Below are positions 58,852-64,000 of a stretch of DNA of 64,000 nt, in pieces. Position 1 is the first letter of the stretch; each line of letters starts with the position of its first letter. A program made the translations under genes and the position numbers. The DNA is taken from contig OY970176.1 in NCBI GenBank assembly GCA_963707955.1, positions 960,001 through 1,024,000 on the forward strand. The letters run 5' to 3'. This DNA comes from Candidatus Bathyarchaeota archaeon (lineage in GTDB: Archaea > Thermoproteota > Bathyarchaeia > Bathyarchaeales > Bathycorpusculaceae). The notes beneath the pieces are model-generated. The model was not told the DNA's origin. It did no database searches and saw nothing but the letters and a program-made list of their open reading frames with translations.

Positions 58852-60033
58852 GTGTTGAACAGGGTCTACAGTCTGCGGGGGCGTGCGTTGAAACATCCGT
58901 CACTGTATCTAGACTGGTACATCCATGTGCCCAACGTCAAACACGATTTCCGCTCAAGCGGCATAGCATTCTTCAAGCACATTGTGAACCTAGGCGAAGT
59001 TGATTTAAGCGTCAACTATACACACGGCAACCCTGAAGCCCTCAACCAGATAGCCCACTGGTACAGCGTAAAACCCGAAAACGTGTTCATCTCAGGCGAA
59101 GGAGCCTCAGGCCAGAACGCACGAATGATCAGATACCTTGCAGAAAGGAACTCTGAGAAGAGAGAGGCAATAGTGGAGTACCCAACGTATGAACCTCTGC
59201 TAAGGACGGTTCAAGAACACTTCTCTCGCGTCAAAAGACTGGACAGACAGGAAAAAGACGCGTATGCACTTGACGCAGATAGGCTTCGCAAAATCGTCTC
59301 GACGAAAACAGGATTACTCGTCTTTACAAATCCTCACGCTCCAAGCGGAGCAGTGTCCGGTTTGAGTGAGCTCAGAGAAGTGATGAACGTGGCTCGAGAA
59401 TACAGTTTTCACGTGTTGTGCGATGAGATCTACGGTGAATTTGACCGAAAGGCTGTCCCCACACTCTTCTCGGTTGACCCAAAGCTTGGTTTAGTGACGA
59501 CGAGTTTCACGAAAGCCTACGGTCTTGGAGGCCTGAAGCTTGGGGTGGCATTGGCCGAAAAACAGCTGGTTGACGAACTCTACACAGACGTGTTGAACAC
59601 TGTGGGAAATGCCCCGAACATCGTGCAGCTTGTTGGTGCAGAACTTCTAGCCAGAGGGAAGGAAAGGCTTCAGAGGCACAAACAAGAATGGGGTCAGTTA
59701 AAAGAAAAAACTGAAAGGTGGTTTGAAGAAATGGGCCTGGAGTATTTTCCAAACAAGGTCAGTGTGACTTACTGGGTAAAACTGCCAATCAAGGACACGT
59801 ACAAGTGGGTTACTGAACAGACAGTACCGAAATACAACCTGGCCCCCGTGCCCGGCGCGTTCTTTCTCTTCAAAAGCGGCTACAGACTTGTAAGGTCAAA
59901 CATGGTAAGGTTAGGCCTCGGATTGATAAACCCGAAAGACCCAAAACTGACTGAGGCGCTTGAGGCGCTGGAAAGGGCTATAAAAGAACACAAATCTGAC
60001 ACCACGGACAGATTGCAATACCCTTTGGACTAG
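58852..60033 (+). CDS. PLP-dependent aminotransferase class I/II
   Basis: TNPHAPSG, DEIY, SFTKAYGLGG. Confidence 0.9.
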   Translation: MLNRVYSLRGRALKHPSLYLDWYIHVPNVKHDFRSSGIAFFKHIVNLGEVDLSVNYTHGNPEALNQIAHWYSVKPENVFISGEGASGQNARMIRYLAERNSEKREAIVEYPTYEPLLRTVQEHFSRVKRLDRQEKDAYALDADRLRKIVSTKTGLLVFTNPHAPSGAVSGLSELREVMNVAREYSFHVLCDEIYGEFDRKAVPTLFSVDPKLGLVTTSFTKAYGLGGLKLGVALAEKQLVDELYTDVLNTVGNAPNIVQLVGAELLARGKERLQRHKQEWGQLKEKTERWFEEMGLEYFPNKVSVTYWVKLPIKDTYKWVTEQTVPKYNLAPVPGAFFLFKSGYRLVRSNMVRLGLGLINPKDPKLTEALEALERAIKEHKSDTTDRLQYPLD

Positions 60034-60379
60034 TCAGATTCTGCGCGTTTGCAACCTTCCGATCTTTGCCCTTTCGCAGGTTTCACCGTCTAAGTGCCCT
60101 AAACTCTGACGAACTAGTGGATAAGTACACGGAGCGCTAGGGAGCCCGAACTGGAGCAGAGCTCCTTGACAATGAAATAAGGGCTTACACGGGGGCAGGA
60201 GTGAACTTTGGGGAAGCCGTGAACAAAGTCTATAAGCGCCAGCAAAAGAAGCCTTAGCAGCATCCTCGAAAAACCATACTTCAAAGGAAAGCAGCATCTA
60301 CTGACATGTTGCAGTTGGAAGATTGTTCCGCAAACGATTTAGACTTGCGGCGCGCAACAGAGAATTGGAGGACCGCAAA

Positions 60380-60613
60380 TTGCAGACCAGTAGGTTCTTC
60401 ACTGTCGACTTGACGAAGATCAAGGGAAAAGGCGATTTCAGCTGTCCGAAATGCGGAACCACGATTTCTCCCGATGACAGAAGCGAGAAGGCCTACAAGA
60501 TCTTAGAAACGCACGTGAGAGGAGACGAGTTGGACAGCATAATGCTGCAGTGTAATAAGTGCGAGAGCCAGATACACCTAACTGGATTCCACGCGTTGAG
60601 TATGACAAGATGA
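60380..60613 (+). CDS. small Zn-ribbon protein
   Basis: CPKC...CNKC; TTG start behind GGAGG. Confidence 0.75.
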   Translation: MQTSRFFTVDLTKIKGKGDFSCPKCGTTISPDDRSEKAYKILETHVRGDELDSIMLQCNKCESQIHLTGFHALSMTR

Positions 60614-60635
60614 CTATCGTGGCGGTCGTGTCGGT

Positions 60636-61169
60636 TCAAGGCTGGTTTCCGATACTTCCCAAGAGAGTAGCCAGGCTGTTTAAGGTCAAAGGGCGATAGT
60701 GAACCTCATCATCCAGACTAATCAGGAACCCCTCCATGTCGGAGATTTCTAGAAAAGAATAAGCGGCAAGCACTTTCTTGTGGTCTGCGTAATCGGAATA
60801 GTCCTTGTAGTACGCAATGATCACGCCGTCGTACCCTAAGCCCAACCCTCTCTCGAGCATGACGATTCCAAACCTGCTCTTTGCTAGCGCTTGCTTGGCT
60901 CTTCTCCTGGCCCCGTCCACTTCTTCAGTGGCGAGAGTTCTCTTGAGCTTAACAAAGGTTAAGCCTAACAGGTGATAGCCAAGCTTGCGGAAATCGGGAA
61001 CCATGGTGTATTCTTTGATTATTCCCTCTTTTTCCAGTCTTGATCTGAGCCGGGTTACTGTGGGCTGAGAGACCCGGAGCACCTTTGACAGCTCCCTGTC
61101 GCTTCTGCGACTGTTCTTCATAAGCTCAGAAACAAGCTTCAACTCGATTTCTTTCACGTTCACTCCCAA
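60636..61169 (-). CDS. Lrp/AsnC family transcriptional regulator
   Basis: NSRRSDRELS..L.VSQPTVTR...LEKEGII..Y...D..KLG. Confidence 0.92.
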   Translation of the reverse strand: MGVNVKEIELKLVSELMKNSRRSDRELSKVLRVSQPTVTRLRSRLEKEGIIKEYTMVPDFRKLGYHLLGLTFVKLKRTLATEEVDGARRRAKQALAKSRFGIVMLERGLGLGYDGVIIAYYKDYSDYADHKKVLAAYSFLEISDMEGFLISLDDEVHYRPLTLNSLATLLGSIGNQP

Positions 61170-61640
61170 CGTTAGTTAGCCTCGAATGAGCAAATAACAC
61201 TTTTGGGAAAACTCCGCTGCCTTGAGGTGACCTTTGCTCCGGTGCGATGCATACTAAAACCCTTCATACTCAGACGCTTAACATACCTTCATGCACATTT
61301 TCAGCGCGCGCGCTAATGCGCTCAACCCTTACTCTGGTCCTTCCGATTTCATCTGCTCCGTCACTGAAGCCAAGCTGCAGACGTGCCTGACGGTAAAATC
61401 AGCTTTTGAATGAACAGGCACCACTGTGTCTCTTTTTGCTCCCATTATCCATATAACTTGCGCAGTGCTACGGCCCTCATCAATTTTGACATTGGAGCAA
61501 GAGATTCACCGCTTGATGCCCGATGAAAATAATGGTTGAATGATGCTTCATTAGTAAAAAGCCTTGAGAATGGTAAGAGTCTCGAAGAGCTCGCTACTTT
61601 TATTTGGATCGAGCCATCCACCATTCACATGTGACCTGAG

Positions 61641-62126
61641 ATGAGCAAGAGCAACCAGCGATACGGAATGTGTGGTGTTTACTGCGGTCAGTGTCCGAAT
61701 GGCAATGGAAGAGTGAGGATGATGGCTGGGGAGTTGAAGAGGCTTGTTGACACGACTGGCTACGACTGGGTTAAGAACGTAGTTAAGTCATTCAGCTTTG
61801 ATGAGTTCAGAAAGGGTCTAGAGTGGTTCTCTGATTCGCAGTGTCCCATGTGTCTGAATGGTGGAGGCGCGCATTGCGAAAACAGAAAATGCGCTTCCAA
61901 GAATGGCCTTCAAAGCTGCCTCCTATGTGGGGACTATCTGACGTGCAAGAACACCGAGTATCAGAGAGACGCGTACCCCTTCGTCGTCGAGAATTACAAT
62001 CGCGTCAAACAAGTGGGCTTCGAGAAGCACCTTGAAGAGGAAGACGAAAGAGCAAGAGCAGGCGTGAACTTGATGGGTCATCTGGAACGAAGACGCTGCA
62101 AGGTCGTCAAACTAGAGGACAGATAA
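61641..62126 (+). CDS. DUF3795-like Cys-rich protein
   Basis: CGVYCGQC, C..C, KC...KGL.SC..C. Confidence 0.75.
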   Translation: MSKSNQRYGMCGVYCGQCPNGNGRVRMMAGELKRLVDTTGYDWVKNVVKSFSFDEFRKGLEWFSDSQCPMCLNGGGAHCENRKCASKNGLQSCLLCGDYLTCKNTEYQRDAYPFVVENYNRVKQVGFEKHLEEEDERARAGVNLMGHLERRRCKVVKLEDR

Positions 62127-62272
62127 CGCGCACAAAAAGCTCGCCGCTTGAATTTTTCTGATATCGCGCTGTCGTTCTATTTCTCCGGGTCTCAACCTGT
62201 TTGGGTTCAAAAGCTTAATACTCTGATTCTGACGGATCACTCATCGTCAAACAACCTAGGCGGTCTGTTGAA

Positions 62273-63091
62273 TTGAGTTTGAAGAAGAGGGCTAAGTCAG
62301 GTCTGACACCACTGATCGAGCTCATCTCCCTCAAGAAAAGGAAAGCGCTGATCACTGGTTCAGGAGCAGGCATCGGCAGGGCCATAGCCTACAGGTTTGC
62401 CGAAGCAGGTGCAGGTTTGGAGCTTGTTGACATCAACGAAGAAAGCTTGAGCACGGTGAAACGAGAGCTCGAGCAGTTCAACGTTGAGATCAATGTTCAC
62501 AGGGTCAATCTAGCTAAGAAAGAAGAGATAGATGCTTTGTGGAAGAGGCTGGATGGAAGAGAGCCCGACATTCTGGTAAATAACGCTGGCATATATCCTA
62601 GCAAGTCCTTCCTCGACGTGGACGAAGCTTTTCTCAGGAAAGTCATGGAAATCAACCTGAACTCTGTTTTCTGGCTGTGCCAGCACATGATAAGGACCAG
62701 GTTGAAGAAGGGCGGAGTGATCATAAACATGGGTTCAATCGAAGCCATAATGCCTCTGAAACAAGACTTATGCCACTATGACATCAGCAAAGCAGGGATC
62801 ATGGTTCTTTCAAGAGCTCTGGCCAGCGAGTACGGTAGACACGGTTTCAGGATAAACGTGCTCGTTCCAGGCGGAACATGGACACAGGGAACAAAGAGCC
62901 TAGCGAAGGAAGCCGTGAAACTCAAGTTCAACGTCATCAAATCAGGCATAGAGTACAATATGAGGACTCCCCTGGGCAGGTTGGCCAAGCCAGATGAGAT
63001 CGCACGCATGGCACTAGTTCTCGCAAGCGACCTGTCAAGTTACGTGAACGGAACACTAATAGCCGTCGACGGAGGCTTTCTCTCAGCATAG
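62273..63091 (+). CDS. short-chain dehydrogenase/reductase
   Basis: TGSGAGIG, NNAG, YDISK. Confidence 0.95.
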   Translation: MSLKKRAKSGLTPLIELISLKKRKALITGSGAGIGRAIAYRFAEAGAGLELVDINEESLSTVKRELEQFNVEINVHRVNLAKKEEIDALWKRLDGREPDILVNNAGIYPSKSFLDVDEAFLRKVMEINLNSVFWLCQHMIRTRLKKGGVIINMGSIEAIMPLKQDLCHYDISKAGIMVLSRALASEYGRHGFRINVLVPGGTWTQGTKSLAKEAVKLKFNVIKSGIEYNMRTPLGRLAKPDEIARMALVLASDLSSYVNGTLIAVDGGFLSA

Positions 63092-63157
63092 CACCCCTAG
63101 ATTAGCGCAGTGGGGCTGCCCGTCACGCTACCCAGCAGGTTCACGTTTGCTTCTTCC

Positions 63158-63359
63158 GCGCGCTAGCGTGTTCCTAAATTCTTTCGGGAAGCAGCTTGCG
63201 TTGCTCATTTTGCTCTTCAACAATATTTGGAGGCTCAAAAATGACGACGGGGAGGGTGTGAGCACGAGAGCACCCAGCTCGAACCGTGAAAGTAACCATC
63301 GCCCATCGGAAAACGATGGGCCTCCTTCTTTAACGGAATTCAGGAACAAGCATGCGCGC
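63158..63359. mobile_element. 202-bp MITE-like element with 24-bp imperfect TIRs ending in GCGCGC
   Basis: Left arm GCGCGCTAGCGTGTTCCTAAATTC versus reverse complement of right arm GCGCGCATGCTTGTTCCTGAATTC (20/24); internal hairpin GCCCATCG-gaaaa-CGATGGGC. Confidence 0.55.
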
Positions 63360-63441
63360 TACCTAATTCTCAACCTACGTGAGAAGCAAGCTTTAAGAAC
63401 TTTAATAGCTGGTTTGCTAAGTTGTATGAAGGTCTGTTCGA

Positions 63442-63906
63442 ATGAAAGTCTTGATCGTCTATGATACAGTTTCAACTGTGAAGATGACGGCGAAGGTCGC
63501 TGAAACCATTCGTGAAGTCCTCAAAGAAAAAGGGTTTGATGTTGACTGTCTACATGTTAAAGATGTTGACTCCGCAAGTGTGAAGAATTATGATTGCGTC
63601 TTGGCTGGGTCGCCTACGCAGTGGAGAAGAGCAACGAGGCCTATTATGCAATTTCTGGAGAAGTTTGGCAAAGAAAAGTTCTCTGGGAAACTTGCGGCGG
63701 CGTTTGACACGCAACTGCAGACTAGGTTCAGTGGAAACGCAGCTGAAGGCATACAAAAGAAACTCGAGAAACTGGGTTATAGGATGATCGCGCCTCCGTT
63801 GGTGGCCTATGTTACAGGCAAGATGAATAGTATGCAATTGAAAGAGGGAGAATTGGAGAAAGCGAAGAATTGGGCGCAAGAAGTCGCCAAAGCGCTTTCC
63901 AAATAG
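63442..63906 (+). CDS. flavodoxin family protein
   Basis: MKVLIVYD, LAGSPT, AAAFDT. Confidence 0.9.
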   Translation: MKVLIVYDTVSTVKMTAKVAETIREVLKEKGFDVDCLHVKDVDSASVKNYDCVLAGSPTQWRRATRPIMQFLEKFGKEKFSGKLAAAFDTQLQTRFSGNAAEGIQKKLEKLGYRMIAPPLVAYVTGKMNSMQLKEGELEKAKNWAQEVAKALSK

Positions 63907-64000
63907 AGCTTAAGTCAGTCTTGTAAGTCTTTGTCTGCGCGGTTATGTGACGCAGGGGTCCTTTGTTGCGCTGCTGAACAGCATCGTCTAGCATGTTCAG

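Noticed and set aside
1-64000. CRISPR array or rRNA genes
   Set aside because: No regularly spaced repeat-spacer series and no rRNA-like sequence seen.

Overview
Archaeal genomic window. Gene content (aRF1, EF-2, archaeal LeuRS/HisRS, tRNA-splicing endonuclease, RtcB and archease, Ftr, H4MPT-linked dehydrogenase, cohesin/dockerin proteins, BHB-intron tRNA) suggests a TACK lineage, probably Bathyarchaeia; this is inference. Housekeeping blocks (about 10-29 kb and 47.4-60 kb) alternate with accessory blocks (1-9.4, 29-47.3 and 60.6-64 kb). Main unexplained signals: (1) a TAGCGCGC/(CG)n palindromic motif that repeatedly sits at the borders of accessory genes and forms the ends of a 202-bp MITE-like unit, suggesting a cassette-type gene acquisition system; (2) two diverged inverted copies of a ~184-bp structured non-coding element bracketing a 12.4-kb housekeeping block; (3) a 3.2-kb IS6-type transposon with doubled terminal inverted repeats and an 8-bp target duplication carrying a methyltransferase-Mrr fusion as cargo; (4) a stand-alone EF-2 with an atypical G2 motif behind a structured leader; (5) a tRNA-Arg with two introns, and a foreign tRNA 3' fragment next to tRNA-Gly. 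Several single-base frameshifts, one in essential leuS, suggest some assembly errors. All product calls come from motif reading only; no searches were run.
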